Source of the DNA: Myxococcota bacterium
GTDB lineage: Bacteria; Myxococcota_A; UBA796; SXON01
Assembly: GCA_040386535.1 (NCBI GenBank)
Contig: JAZKFH010000008.1
Location: 144,011 to 208,010, forward strand
Direction of reading: 5' to 3'
DNA: 64,000 bases
Numbering within the stretch: the first letter of the stretch is position 1; each line of letters starts with the position of its first letter. Below, one piece after another: positions 37,622 to 46,977 of this stretch. The translations under genes were made by a program, and so were the position numbers. The notes beneath the pieces are model-generated. The model saw only the letters and a program-made list of their open reading frames with translations. It searched no databases and was not told the origin of the DNA.

Positions 37622-38218
37622 ATGGGCTTGCGGGATCGACTCAAACAGACGGCGAAGACGCTCCTGGGCCTCCCCGAGCCCGCGCGGCCGGCGGCGCCCG
37701 TCGCCTCCGCCGTGCCTTCGCCCGCCGTGGCTGCGCCTTCCGTGCCCTCGAAGGCGCCCGCCGTGCCTGCGAAGGCGGCACCCGTGAAGCCGGCGCCCGT
37801 GAAGGCCGCTGCCGCCGCCCCCACGCTCCCCACCGCCCCCACGGCGGACGGCTACCGTGCCGTCGCGTTCGCCCACCAGGTGACCGACAAGAAGGCCGGC
37901 ACCTTCCCGCTCGAAGGGGCGCCGATCGTCGCGGTGTTCCGCCACGAGGGGAAGCTCTGGGTCATCGACAACGCCTGCGCCCACGAAGACGGGCCGGTGG
38001 GCGAGGGCGATGTCGAGGGCAAGTGTGTGCGCTGCCCCTACCACGACTGGGAATACGACTTCACGACCGGGGCCTGCCGCACCGATCCGGAGCGCTCCCT
38101 GGCCACCTTCTCGGTCCGCGAGCGCGACGGCGTCATCTGGGTGGGGCCTCGCCTCACGGAGGGCACCAAGGCGCGCGGCGGGGACCACAACGACGGGCTG
38201 GAGACCATCACCCGATGA
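37622..38218 (+). CDS. Rieske [2Fe-2S] ferredoxin with Pro/Ala-rich N-terminal linker
   Basis: NACAHEDGP..VRCPYHDWEYD. Confidence 0.9.
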   Translation: MGLRDRLKQTAKTLLGLPEPARPAAPVASAVPSPAVAAPSVPSKAPAVPAKAAPVKPAPVKAAAAAPTLPTAPTADGYRAVAFAHQVTDKKAGTFPLEGAPIVAVFRHEGKLWVIDNACAHEDGPVGEGDVEGKCVRCPYHDWEYDFTTGACRTDPERSLATFSVRERDGVIWVGPRLTEGTKARGGDHNDGLETITR

Positions 38219-38562
38219 GCAAGACCATCGAGGGCGCGCTGCGCCAGGGCATCACGTTCGACGAGCTCATCGCGAGCCTCGCCGGCCTCTCCGCGAGCGG
38301 CAAGAAGCTGCAGCTCCAGGTCGAGGCCCGCACGGTGCCCTACCTGCGCCACACGGTGGTCGGCTGGGTGGACGGCCCCCCCACCTCCACCGTCACGTTC
38401 GTGCTCTCCGGGGCCGATCCGCACGGGCACGCATGGCGTCGCTTCACGCTCTCCCGCAAGGACGACGGCCACTACGAGCTCGCCTGCTTCCCGACGCCCT
38501 TCCACAACGGCGTGGATCCGTTGTCCCCCGGCATCCCGCCGAGCTCCAGCCGCCGCGCCTGA
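38215..38562 (+). CDS. Hypothetical protein
   Basis: ATGA overlap with the Rieske gene; 115 aa. Confidence 0.6.
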   Translation: MSKTIEGALRQGITFDELIASLAGLSASGKKLQLQVEARTVPYLRHTVVGWVDGPPTSTVTFVLSGADPHGHAWRRFTLSRKDDGHYELACFPTPFHNGVDPLSPGIPPSSSRRA

Positions 38563-38586
38563 TTCGGCGGGCGCTGATTCTCGGGC

Positions 38587-40485
38587 TCAGGGCCGATCGG
38601 TCCACCGCCGCTCGATCCAGAGCGGCGCGCTGACCGCCCACGCGGGCTCGGTCGACCACGGAGTGGCGCGCTCGCCGTACGCGACGACGACCACCCACGT
38701 GGTCTCCGCGGGCACCGACCACTTCCACGTGCCCGCGCCCGCAACGTCGTGGCGCACGCTGCCCGCGGAGGTGACGACCTCGACGGTGCGCATGCGCATC
38801 CACCGCGAGGCGTCGAGCGTCACGTCGATGCCCCACGCGCCGCGCTCGCGGCCCCGCGAAACCACGTCGAGACGGGGGCCGGTCCCGGCGGTGGTCCGCG
38901 CGTCGACGATGCCAGCCTCGTAGGCGGGCACGTTGGCGTCGGCGTCGATGCCGATCCAGGTGCGCGGGCCGAGGGGCGCGGGATCCACCCACGCGTCGAG
39001 GAGCGCGAGCCAGGCGGGGATGTCGGCGGGTGTGTCGATCCAGAACGCGTCGGGGCGCGGGTCCCAGTCGTACGGCTCCGCCTCGGCGCGCGCCCGCGCC
39101 ACCCACGCGGCGTTCACGACGGTCAGCCGCGCGTTCGACGCGCCCCCCTCGGTCGCGGCGAGCAGATCGAGCGCCGAGAGGCCTTGCCACGCCACGGCGC
39201 CGTGCGCGGGCTTTCGGGCGTTCGGGTTCCACGGCCAGGACCACACCTCGCCCGACGCGCGCGATGCGGCGACCGCGAGGATGGCGTCGTGCGCGTCGAT
39301 GGTGACGGTCGGCACCTCGTCGTCCACCAGGAGCACCGCGAAGCCGACCCCCTCGGCGGCGAGCGTGGTGGCGGCGGCCTCGGATGTGATGGTGGACGCC
39401 GCGTCCGGCGCGACCACCATCGCCGGCGCAGCGAGCACGTGGTCGTCCGCGAGCCACTCGTGGTGAAGCGTGACCGCGGCCTCGGTGTCCACACCGGCCC
39501 ACGGGAGCGTGACCGCGCTGTGCGTCGGGCCCGCCCACACCCACAGCGTGGCCGGCTCCGGCCCGAGCGGCACGCGCCCGCCGCCCGGCGGCACGGTCCA
39601 GGTGGTGTGGCCGTCGTAGATCGCGGCCACGACGTCGTTCCCCGCGTCGTCCGCGACCCGCAGCTGGAGCCACGCGCAGGCGAGCAGGCGCGTGCCGTCG
39701 TAGGTGCAGCCCGCCCGCTCCGCCTGGAGCGTCGACCCCGCCGGGGCCCGTCCGGCCGCGCGGCCGTCCACGATCGGCAAGCGCACGCGCTCCACGCCGC
39801 CCTGCACCGCGAGGACGCTGTCGGCGTCGACCGCCTCGTCCAGGTCATCCCCGTCGGGCCAGAGCCCCTCCCGCGACAGCGCGGCGCGGGTCACCCCCTG
39901 CACGCGCACGGCGCTCCCCTCGCTCACGACGAGGCCGTCGAGCCCGACGAAGGCCCCGGTGCCCGCGGTCGGATCCCCCCACAACGTGGCGCCCGTGCGC
40001 GTGACGGTCGGGCGCCCCTGGAGCACGCCGGTGCCGACGGCGTCGATGTGCAGCACGTCGTCGTCCGCGCCGAGGCGGTAGGTCACGCCGGGCAGCACCA
40101 GGCGCGCCTCGTCGGCGTCGTTCTCGGCGATGATGGCGCTCCGGTCCCCGTCGGGCACGTACTCCACGAGCACGTCCAGCCCGCCCGGTGGCGCCGCGTC
40201 GATGAGCGTTCCGCCCGCTTCGCCGAGGTGCGTCAGCGCCGCGTACGTCCCGCGCACGACGTAGCGGGCGTGGGCATTCTCGATCAACCAGTCGCCGGTG
40301 CGGCCCTCGCCGCCGCCCACCAGCTCGTCCCCACACGGGATCTGGCGCGCGCGCACCTCTCCGGCCGCGAGCGTCCGCGGGTCGCACACCGTGGGCTCTG
40401 CCAGCGCGGGCCCGTTCACGGAGGGGGCCGCGCAGGCGACGAGCAGCGCCGGGAAGCCCCGTGCGAGCAGCGAGCGGGACGGCAG
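38587..40485 (-). CDS. Large lipoprotein resembling a degenerate CehA/McbA PHP-metallohydrolase
   Basis: LLVAC lipobox; GDWLIENAHARYVV..GGTLIDA N-terminus; PRTW..RTTAGTGPRL, AVSAPLWI C-terminus. Start uncertain (no ATG/GTG/TTG near; CTG at 40485). Confidence 0.6.
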   Translation of the reverse strand: MPSRSLLARGFPALLVACAAPSVNGPALAEPTVCDPRTLAAGEVRARQIPCGDELVGGGEGRTGDWLIENAHARYVVRGTYAALTHLGEAGGTLIDAAPPGGLDVLVEYVPDGDRSAIIAENDADEARLVLPGVTYRLGADDDVLHIDAVGTGVLQGRPTVTRTGATLWGDPTAGTGAFVGLDGLVVSEGSAVRVQGVTRAALSREGLWPDGDDLDEAVDADSVLAVQGGVERVRLPIVDGRAAGRAPAGSTLQAERAGCTYDGTRLLACAWLQLRVADDAGNDVVAAIYDGHTTWTVPPGGGRVPLGPEPATLWVWAGPTHSAVTLPWAGVDTEAAVTLHHEWLADDHVLAAPAMVVAPDAASTITSEAAATTLAAEGVGFAVLLVDDEVPTVTIDAHDAILAVAASRASGEVWSWPWNPNARKPAHGAVAWQGLSALDLLAATEGGASNARLTVVNAAWVARARAEAEPYDWDPRPDAFWIDTPADIPAWLALLDAWVDPAPLGPRTWIGIDADANVPAYEAGIVDARTTAGTGPRLDVVSRGRERGAWGIDVTLDASRWMRMRTVEVVTSAGSVRHDVAGAGTWKWSVPAETTWVVVVAYGERATPWSTEPAWAVSAPLWIERRWTDRP

Positions 40486-40490
40486 CGCGG

Positions 40491-41258
40491 CTACTCGGCG
40501 CCGGCGGCCAGGCTGCCGTTGAACCGGAGCGAGGTCGGCACCACGCGCACCTGCTTCGACCAGCCCTCGGGGATGTCGCCCATGGTGTAGACCCACACCC
40601 GCTTGTCACCCGGCTTCAGGGGCTTGGTGTACTCCTCGGGCAGCGACATGCCGCCGGGGCCGGTGGTGCCCGCGAGGGGGTAGCTCTTCGCGGCGAGCTT
40701 CTGCCCGCTCGCGTCGAGGAGCTGGACTTCGAGCGTGAGGAAATCGAGCGTCTTGTCGCCCGCGTTGGTGACCTCGGTGGTGAAGCCCCAGCCGTCCTTC
40801 GGGCCCTTCGGATCTTCGGCCAGATTGACCTCCTCGATCTTGACCTCGCCGATGAGCAGCTTGTCCTGGTACGCGGCCACCTGTACGCGCGAGCTGGCCT
40901 TCTTCCGCATCGTCGCGTCGGCGGTCGGGTTCTGGTCGATGAACGCCTTCCATGCCTCGGGGGTGTTCTCGGTCTCGGCGTTGGCGAAGTGGGCCATGGC
41001 CCGGGCCGCCTGCACCTTGGTGAGCTGACGCGACTTGGGGAAGCGCGTGATGACGGCGTCGTACTCCTCGAGCTTGGTGCTCTTGAGCGCCCGCTCGACC
41101 AGCATCTGCTCCAGCCGGGTCTCGGCGGTGATGCGGTCGGAGCCCGACGGGTCGGTGCCCAGGTAGGCCTCCCAGGCCTCGATCGTGTCGACCTTCTGGG
41201 CGTCACCGAGCGGATCCGCGCAAGCGGCGAGGAACAAACAGAGGAGGATGGTGCGCAT
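40491..41258 (-). CDS. Lipoprotein with helical repeats and C-terminal FxLYD-like Ig domain
   Basis: LAAC; WEAYL/YDAVITRFP/WKAFIDQNP repeats; EVTNAGDKTL..VQLLDASG..LKPGDK. Confidence 0.75.
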   Translation of the reverse strand: MRTILLCLFLAACADPLGDAQKVDTIEAWEAYLGTDPSGSDRITAETRLEQMLVERALKSTKLEEYDAVITRFPKSRQLTKVQAARAMAHFANAETENTPEAWKAFIDQNPTADATMRKKASSRVQVAAYQDKLLIGEVKIEEVNLAEDPKGPKDGWGFTTEVTNAGDKTLDFLTLEVQLLDASGQKLAAKSYPLAGTTGPGGMSLPEEYTKPLKPGDKRVWVYTMGDIPEGWSKQVRVVPTSLRFNGSLAAGAE

Positions 41259-41325
41259 GGGGTGACCTCGGTCCGCATGCTACCACAATGCGGATTTCGT
41301 CCGGAACTACGGCGCGGTCTGGCCT

Positions 41326-41949
41326 TCAGGGCCCCTCGGACCGCTTCTTCACCCAGGCCACGGCGTTCGTGAGGCCCTGCTTGGCGATCATGTCCTGCGC
41401 GAAGCCGGGCACCCAGCCCTTGAACCGCACGTCCACCGAGTACTCGAGGCGCGTGCGCGGCGGATCGGCGGTGATCGGCGTGACGCGCCAGTAGCCGATC
41501 GACTCGTCCAGGTCGGACAGGCGGCTGTAATCGAGGGACCAGGTGAGCCAGCCGGCCGTCGGGTTGTAGGTGTGCTTGATGAAATATTCGACGTTCATCC
41601 CCATGGGATCGAGCACGAAGCGGGTGTAGATGTTCGCGCCCTCCTTCCGGTACACCTCGCACGCCGCCACGTTGTCCACCCAGGTCGGGTACATCTGGTA
41701 GTTCGTGATACGAGACCAGATGGTCGTGGGCGTGGCCTTGATGTCCATGAAGGCCACGCCGTTCCCGCCATTGCCGCTGCGGGCCTGCTTCAGCACCAGC
41801 TCGCCCGCGCCCAGCTTCGCCTCGTCGCCTGCGGCCAGCGGCACGGGCGGGGGCGCCCCCTTGTACGCGGCCGCGATGCCCTGGTGATCGTGAGGGGTGT
41901 TGGCATCGGCGGCGAACGCCGCGAGGGTCAGGACGAGGGCGGTGAGCAT
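41326..41949 (-). CDS. Exported SRPBCC/START (polyketide cyclase-like) protein
   Basis: Signal peptide; IKATPTTIWSRITNYQMYPTWV, GYWRV..TRLEY. Confidence 0.8.
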   Translation of the reverse strand: MLTALVLTLAAFAADANTPHDHQGIAAAYKGAPPPVPLAAGDEAKLGAGELVLKQARSGNGGNGVAFMDIKATPTTIWSRITNYQMYPTWVDNVAACEVYRKEGANIYTRFVLDPMGMNVEYFIKHTYNPTAGWLTWSLDYSRLSDLDESIGYWRVTPITADPPRTRLEYSVDVRFKGWVPGFAQDMIAKQGLTNAVAWVKKRSEGP

Positions 41950-42069
41950 GGGGCTCCAGGGCGGGGCGACGCGGGGCCCGTTCTGCGGCGGGCCTGTGTC
42001 CTTGGTGTCAAAGCTCTTTCGGATCCGGAACGCACGATGTATCTTCTCGGTCTCTTCGTGAGGTCGGTC

Positions 42070-42888
42070 ATGCGCATGGTCCTTCCCTTGGTCTTCTTGC
42101 TCGGTTGCCCCACCCCCAGCGACGAGGGAAAGGACGGCCCCGAGGTCGATCTGAACGCCGATGACGACGGCGACGGCCTCACCAACGGTGAGGAGACCGA
42201 GCTCGGCACCGACCCGGCCGAGTCCGACTCCGACGCGGACGGTTTCGGCGACAAGGAAGAGCTCGACGGCGGCTACTCCCCGATCTGGGAGTTCTCGCAC
42301 CCCTTCGAGGACGGCGACTACCTCATCGGCAGCTGCCCCGTCCACCCGGACGAGGACAACGCGGGCCCCACGGGCACCGGCTCGTACGACACGTCTTCGT
42401 GGGACGCCTACCAGGAAGGCGACGTGATGGCGAACCTCGTCAATTACGACGCGTTCGGCCAGGAAGTCTCGCTCTACTCCTTCTGCGGCAACTACACGCT
42501 CGTGACGCAGAGCGCCGAGTGGTGCGGGCCCTGCCAGGCCCTCGCCGAGGTCATGGCCGCCGATCAGGACGAGATCCGCGAGACCTACCCCAACTTCAAC
42601 TTCTACGAGCTCCTGTACCAGGACAACTACGGCGCCGTCCCCGACGCCAACGTCCTCCGCTCGTGGAAGCGCGCGTTCGGCCTCGACGGCATCCCCATCG
42701 TCGCCCCCGAGGACAACACCTCCGAGGAGATGTCCTGGATCAACGCCAGCGGCGGCATCCCGGCCACCCTGCTCATGGCGCCGGACATGACGGTCATCTG
42801 GAGCGGCGTGAACCACCCCCGCGAGTACTACCTGTACGACGTGGCGGGCATCATGTCGGCGATCGAAGACTACGAAGCCTCGCTGTAG
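42070..42888 (+). CDS. Lipoprotein with Ca-binding TSP3-like repeat and thioredoxin-like domain
   Basis: LLGC; DDDGDGLTNGEE..GTDP..DSDADGFGD..E; SAEWCGPC; GIPAT. Confidence 0.8.
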   Translation: MRMVLPLVFLLGCPTPSDEGKDGPEVDLNADDDGDGLTNGEETELGTDPAESDSDADGFGDKEELDGGYSPIWEFSHPFEDGDYLIGSCPVHPDEDNAGPTGTGSYDTSSWDAYQEGDVMANLVNYDAFGQEVSLYSFCGNYTLVTQSAEWCGPCQALAEVMAADQDEIRETYPNFNFYELLYQDNYGAVPDANVLRSWKRAFGLDGIPIVAPEDNTSEEMSWINASGGIPATLLMAPDMTVIWSGVNHPREYYLYDVAGIMSAIEDYEASL

Positions 42889-42908
42889 CCAGCTCCGCGT
42901 CGCGATGG

Positions 42909-42944
42909 AGGGCGGGCCCGCGTGGGTCCGCCCTTCCTCGTTTT
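42909..42944 (+). terminator. Probable intrinsic terminator
   Basis: AGGGCGGGCCC-GCGT-GGGTCCGCCCT stem followed by TCCTCGTTTT, between convergent genes. Confidence 0.5.
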
Positions 42945-43049
42945 GTCGGGCCTCGTTTTGGATGGGCGACCAGCGCGGGGCGCGGTGCCCGGGGCCGGGC
43001 CCGAGCGCCCGCCCCCGCCACGCCCCCGGAGCACCGCCCCTTCGAGCCG

Positions 43050-44450
43050 CTATCCGCTCGATCCGGTGCCACCGGGCCGGGTCATCGCGGCGGGATCGAG
43101 CAGCGCGTCCAGCTCGGCCTGCGGGAGCGCCCCGGCGGCCGCCTGTCGCACGCTGCCCCCGCTGCGGGCCGCGGCCTTGGCGATGTCCGCGGCCTTGTCG
43201 TACCCGAGCGCCGGGGCCAGCGCTGTCGCGAGCGCGAGGTTGCGCTCGAGCGTGGCGGCGCAGCGCTCCCGGTCGGCCTCGATGCCGTCTACAGCCTTGG
43301 CGGCGAACGTCCGCGCGCCGTTCGCGAGCAGCGCCACCGAGCGGAGCAGGTTGTCGGCCAGCAGCGGCAGCGAGGTGTTGAGCTCGAGGCTGCCGCCCTG
43401 GGCGCCGAGGGTCACCACGGTGTCGTTGCCGATGACCTGCCAGCCGACCATGGTGAGCATCTCGCACATCACCGGGTTGACCTTGCCCGGCATGATCGAG
43501 CTGCCGGGCTGGGTGGCGGGCAGCTTGAGCTCGGCGAGCCCGGCGCGGGGCCCGCTCGCGAGCAGGCGCACGTCGTTCGCGATCTTGATCAACGAGACCG
43601 CCACGGCGCGCAGCAGGCCGCTCGCCTCGACTACGGCGTCCACGGCGCCCTGGGCCTCGAAGTGGTCGGCGGCCTCGACAAAGGGGAGGCCCGTGTCGAC
43701 CGCGATGCGCGCGATGGCCTTGCGCGGGAACTCCAGGGGCCGGTTCAGGCCGGTGCCCGTGGCGGTGCCGCCCAGGGCGAGCTCCAGGAGCGCGTCGCGG
43801 GCGCGGATGGCGCGCGCGATGCCGAGCTCCACCTGCCGCGCCCATCCCGCGAACTCCTGGCCGAGGCGCACCGGCGTCGCGTCCATCAGGTGGGTGCGGC
43901 CGGTCTTGATCACGTCGTCGAACGCCTGCGCCTTCGTCGCGAGCGAACCGCGCAGGTAGCGGAGCGCGGGCAGGAGATCCTCGTCGATCGCGACGGCGGC
44001 GGCGACGTGCAGCACCGTCGGGATCACGTCGTTCGAGGACTGCGACATGTTGACGTGGTCGTTCGGATGCACCGGCGTTCGCGCGCCGATGACGCCGCCC
44101 ATGAGCTCGATCGCGCGGTTCGCGATCACCTCGTTGGCGTTCATATTGGTCGAGGTGCCCGAGCCGGTCTGGAACACGTCCACCGGGAACTGGGCGTCCC
44201 ACTGGCCGTCGGCCACCTCCTGCGCGGCGGCGCCCACCCATTCGGCCACGTCCACCGGCAGCAGGCCGAGCTCCTCGTTGGTGAACGCGCACGCGCGCTT
44301 CACGATGCCGAGCGCCTGGATGAACCGGCGCGGCAAGCGCTGCCCGGAGATGGGGAAGTTCTCGATCGCGCGCTGCGTCTGCGCGCCCCAGTACGCGTCC
44401 GCGGGAACCCGTACGTCGCCGAGCGAGTCCTTCTCGATGCGATGGCGCAA
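43050..44450 (-). CDS. fumC: Class II fumarate hydratase
   Basis: WGAQTQRA, FQTGSGTSTNMNANE, HPNDHVNMSQSSND, GRTHLMDATP, GSSIMPGKVNP. Confidence 0.93.
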   Translation of the reverse strand: MRHRIEKDSLGDVRVPADAYWGAQTQRAIENFPISGQRLPRRFIQALGIVKRACAFTNEELGLLPVDVAEWVGAAAQEVADGQWDAQFPVDVFQTGSGTSTNMNANEVIANRAIELMGGVIGARTPVHPNDHVNMSQSSNDVIPTVLHVAAAVAIDEDLLPALRYLRGSLATKAQAFDDVIKTGRTHLMDATPVRLGQEFAGWARQVELGIARAIRARDALLELALGGTATGTGLNRPLEFPRKAIARIAVDTGLPFVEAADHFEAQGAVDAVVEASGLLRAVAVSLIKIANDVRLLASGPRAGLAELKLPATQPGSSIMPGKVNPVMCEMLTMVGWQVIGNDTVVTLGAQGGSLELNTSLPLLADNLLRSVALLANGARTFAAKAVDGIEADRERCAATLERNLALATALAPALGYDKAADIAKAAARSGGSVRQAAAGALPQAELDALLDPAAMTRPGGTGSSG

Positions 44451-44543
44451 CGTCCCTCCGTGAGCTGCCGCCTCTTATCGGTATCCGCGCCGCGTTGCGG
44501 GTTAAGGACGTGGCCTGTGGGAGAACGGGTGTCGGGAGAGAGG

Positions 44544-45206
44544 GTGTCCAACGACGAGGGCCTCGAGGCGCGGCTCATCGAGGTCTACACCTCCGTCCAG
44601 GGCGAGAGCACCTGGGTCGGGCTCCCGTGTGTCTTCGTCCGCTTCGCCGGCTGCAACCTGCGTTGCACGTGGTGTGACTCGGTGTTCACGTTCACCGGCG
44701 GCGCGCGGCGCCCGATCGACGACATCGTCGAGGAGGTCGTCGCCACCGGCGTCCCCCTGGTCGAGGTCACCGGCGGCGAGCCCCTCGTGCACAAGTCGGC
44801 GGGGCCGCTCATGCAGGCGCTGCTCGACCGCGGGCTCACGGTGCTCCTCGAGACCAGTGGCAGCCGCGACATCGCGGTGGTGCCCGCCGGCGTGCACATC
44901 ATCCTCGATCTGAAGCCGCCCGACAGCGGCGAGGAGCGCGCGAACCTCTGGTCGAACATCCCGCTCCTCCAGAAGAAGGACGAGGTGAAGTTCGTCATCG
45001 CATCACGACGCGACTACGAGTGGTCGCGGGACGTGTTGCGTGAGCACCACCTCCAGGATCGCGTCGGCGCCGTGTTGTTCTCGCCCGCCTGGGGCCTCGT
45101 CGACCCGCGCGTGCTGGTCGAATGGATCGTCGCGGATCGGCTGCCGGTCCGGTTCCAGGTGCAGATGCACAAGTACGTCTGGCCACCGGAAGAGAGAGGA
45201 GTCTAG
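44544..45206 (+). CDS. queE: 7-carboxy-7-deazaguanine synthase (radical SAM)
   Basis: SVQGE, FVRFAGCNLRCTWCD, TGGEP, ETSG, QMHK. Confidence 0.92.
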   Translation: MSNDEGLEARLIEVYTSVQGESTWVGLPCVFVRFAGCNLRCTWCDSVFTFTGGARRPIDDIVEEVVATGVPLVEVTGGEPLVHKSAGPLMQALLDRGLTVLLETSGSRDIAVVPAGVHIILDLKPPDSGEERANLWSNIPLLQKKDEVKFVIASRRDYEWSRDVLREHHLQDRVGAVLFSPAWGLVDPRVLVEWIVADRLPVRFQVQMHKYVWPPEERGV

Positions 45207-45207
45207 G

Positions 45208-45420
45208 ATGCAAGCGACCATGGACACGATCACGCTCGGCATCGACGGGATGAGCTGCGGGGGCTGCGTGCTCTCCGTGGAGAAGGCGCTCGGCCGCGTC
45301 GAGGGCGTCACCAAGGTCGTCGTCACCCTGGAGAAGAAGGAGGCCGTGGTCGAGGGCAAGAACCTCGATCGGCAGCGCCTCGCGGACGCCGTGGCGGACG
45401 CCGGGTACGACGTCCGGTAG
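45208..45420 (+). CDS. copZ: Heavy-metal-associated (CopZ-like) chaperone
   Basis: IDGMSCGGC..AVADAGY. Confidence 0.85.
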   Translation: MQATMDTITLGIDGMSCGGCVLSVEKALGRVEGVTKVVVTLEKKEAVVEGKNLDRQRLADAVADAGYDVR

Positions 45421-46974
45421 ATGCCCTACCTCCTCCTGCTCGGCGCCTGCCAGGGCCCCACCGATGACGCTCCGATCGGGCCCGAGGACACCGGGCCGAC
45501 CGACACCGGGCCCATCGAGGAGGTTCCCTTCGAGTCCCCCGTCAGCACGGAGCCGCAGGCAGGGCGGGCCACCCCCCCGGTCGACGTGCTCGTGATCGGC
45601 GCCGGCGCGGCCGGCCTCGCCGCGGCGCTGGAGGCGTGGCAGGCGGGCGCCTCGGTGCGGATCCTGGAGCGCGAGGACGACTTCGGCGGCTCCGCCGCGT
45701 GGGCCGGCGGGCTGATGATGTTCTCCGGCACGCCCGAGCAGCTCGCGGCGGGCGTCACCGACTCTCCCGCCACCCTGCTCTCCGAGTGGGCGTCGTTCAC
45801 CGGCGGCGACCCGAACGATCCGTGGGTCACGCTGTTCGCCGAGCAGAACGTCCCGCAGGTGTACGACTGGCTCGCGGACCTCGGCGTCTCCTGGGTGAAC
45901 CTGGGAGCGGACGCGTCGTCGGGCCCGACCGCCCGCGTGCACGAGGTGCGCGGCGGCGGGCCGGCGCTGGTGATGGCGATCGAGGCCCCGCTCGACGGCG
46001 GGATCATCCGGTACGGCGCGGAGGCCCAGGCGCTGCTCCGGGACCGGACCGGCCGCGTCACCGGCGTGCGCTGGCTCGATCGCGACGCGGACGTCGAGCA
46101 CGTCGCGTTGGCACGGACCGTCATCGTCGCGACCGGCGGCTTCATGCACGATCTCGAGCGCGTGCGCGCCGAGCGCCCGGACCTCGCCGATCGGGATCTG
46201 CGCTACGGCAGCTGGCCCGGCGCGGACGGCAACGGGCTCACCCTGGTGGAGGGCGTGTCGGGCGCCACGCAGAACCTCGGCGCGGTGGGGCTCTACGCGC
46301 ACGGTGTCCCCGCCCCAGGGGACACGCAAGACGAGGTCCTGGCCGGCATCCTCCCGGGCCTGCCGTGGATCAACAACCTCGGCCGCCGCTTCGTCGACGA
46401 GTCCGAGGCCAACAGCTTCCCCACCGGCTCCGTGCGTGCCGAACAACCCGACGGCGAGGCCTGGGTGGTGCTCGACGCGCCCATCGCCGGCAGCGCCGCG
46501 TTCCCGTCGTCGTGGCCTGGCGGCGAGGCCCTCTCGTTCGCCGATCTCGACGACGCGGGCCTCGTAGTGCACGGCGCCGACCTCGCGAGCCTCGCGGGCG
46601 CGCTCGGCGTCGACGCGGACACGCTCACCGGCGAGCTCACCGCCTACAACGACTACGTGCGCGGGCGCTCGGACACCGACGCCTACCGCGAGAGCCGCGA
46701 GCGCACCCAGCCCGTGATGGCGCCGCCCTACTACGCCATCCCCATCGCGATCACGGTGGCGAAGGGCTTCGGCGGCGTCGACGTCGACCTTTCCGGGCGT
46801 GTGGTCGACACCGCCGGCGTCGTGATCCCCGGCCTCTACGCCGCGGGGGAGCTCACCGGCATGGCCGGCGGCTCGCTCGTGGGCGACTACGGCTTCACCG
46901 GGTCGCTCTCCGCCGTGGTCCTCGGCGGGCGCATCGCCGGCGGGGCCGCGGCTACCGAGGCCCTCGGCGAGTAG
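45421..46974 (+). CDS. FAD-dependent oxidoreductase lipoprotein (flavocytochrome c/FrdA/KstD-like family)
   Basis: LLGAC; VIGAGAAG, GGSAAWAGG, VATGGF, GRRFVDE, IPGLYAAGE. Confidence 0.85.
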   Translation: MPYLLLLGACQGPTDDAPIGPEDTGPTDTGPIEEVPFESPVSTEPQAGRATPPVDVLVIGAGAAGLAAALEAWQAGASVRILEREDDFGGSAAWAGGLMMFSGTPEQLAAGVTDSPATLLSEWASFTGGDPNDPWVTLFAEQNVPQVYDWLADLGVSWVNLGADASSGPTARVHEVRGGGPALVMAIEAPLDGGIIRYGAEAQALLRDRTGRVTGVRWLDRDADVEHVALARTVIVATGGFMHDLERVRAERPDLADRDLRYGSWPGADGNGLTLVEGVSGATQNLGAVGLYAHGVPAPGDTQDEVLAGILPGLPWINNLGRRFVDESEANSFPTGSVRAEQPDGEAWVVLDAPIAGSAAFPSSWPGGEALSFADLDDAGLVVHGADLASLAGALGVDADTLTGELTAYNDYVRGRSDTDAYRESRERTQPVMAPPYYAIPIAITVAKGFGGVDVDLSGRVVDTAGVVIPGLYAAGELTGMAGGSLVGDYGFTGSLSAVVLGGRIAGGAAATEALGE

Positions 46975-46977
46975 CGG

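Noticed and set aside
44544..45206. queE as part of a 7-deazaguanine DNA-modification (dpd) island
   Set aside because: No dpdA/tgt-like, queC, queD or folE neighbours; context is housekeeping
45208..46974. Stop-codon readthrough fusing CopZ to the flavoprotein (TAG immediately followed by in-frame ATG)
   Set aside because: The downstream gene has its own ATG and lipoprotein signal; no recoding signal evident
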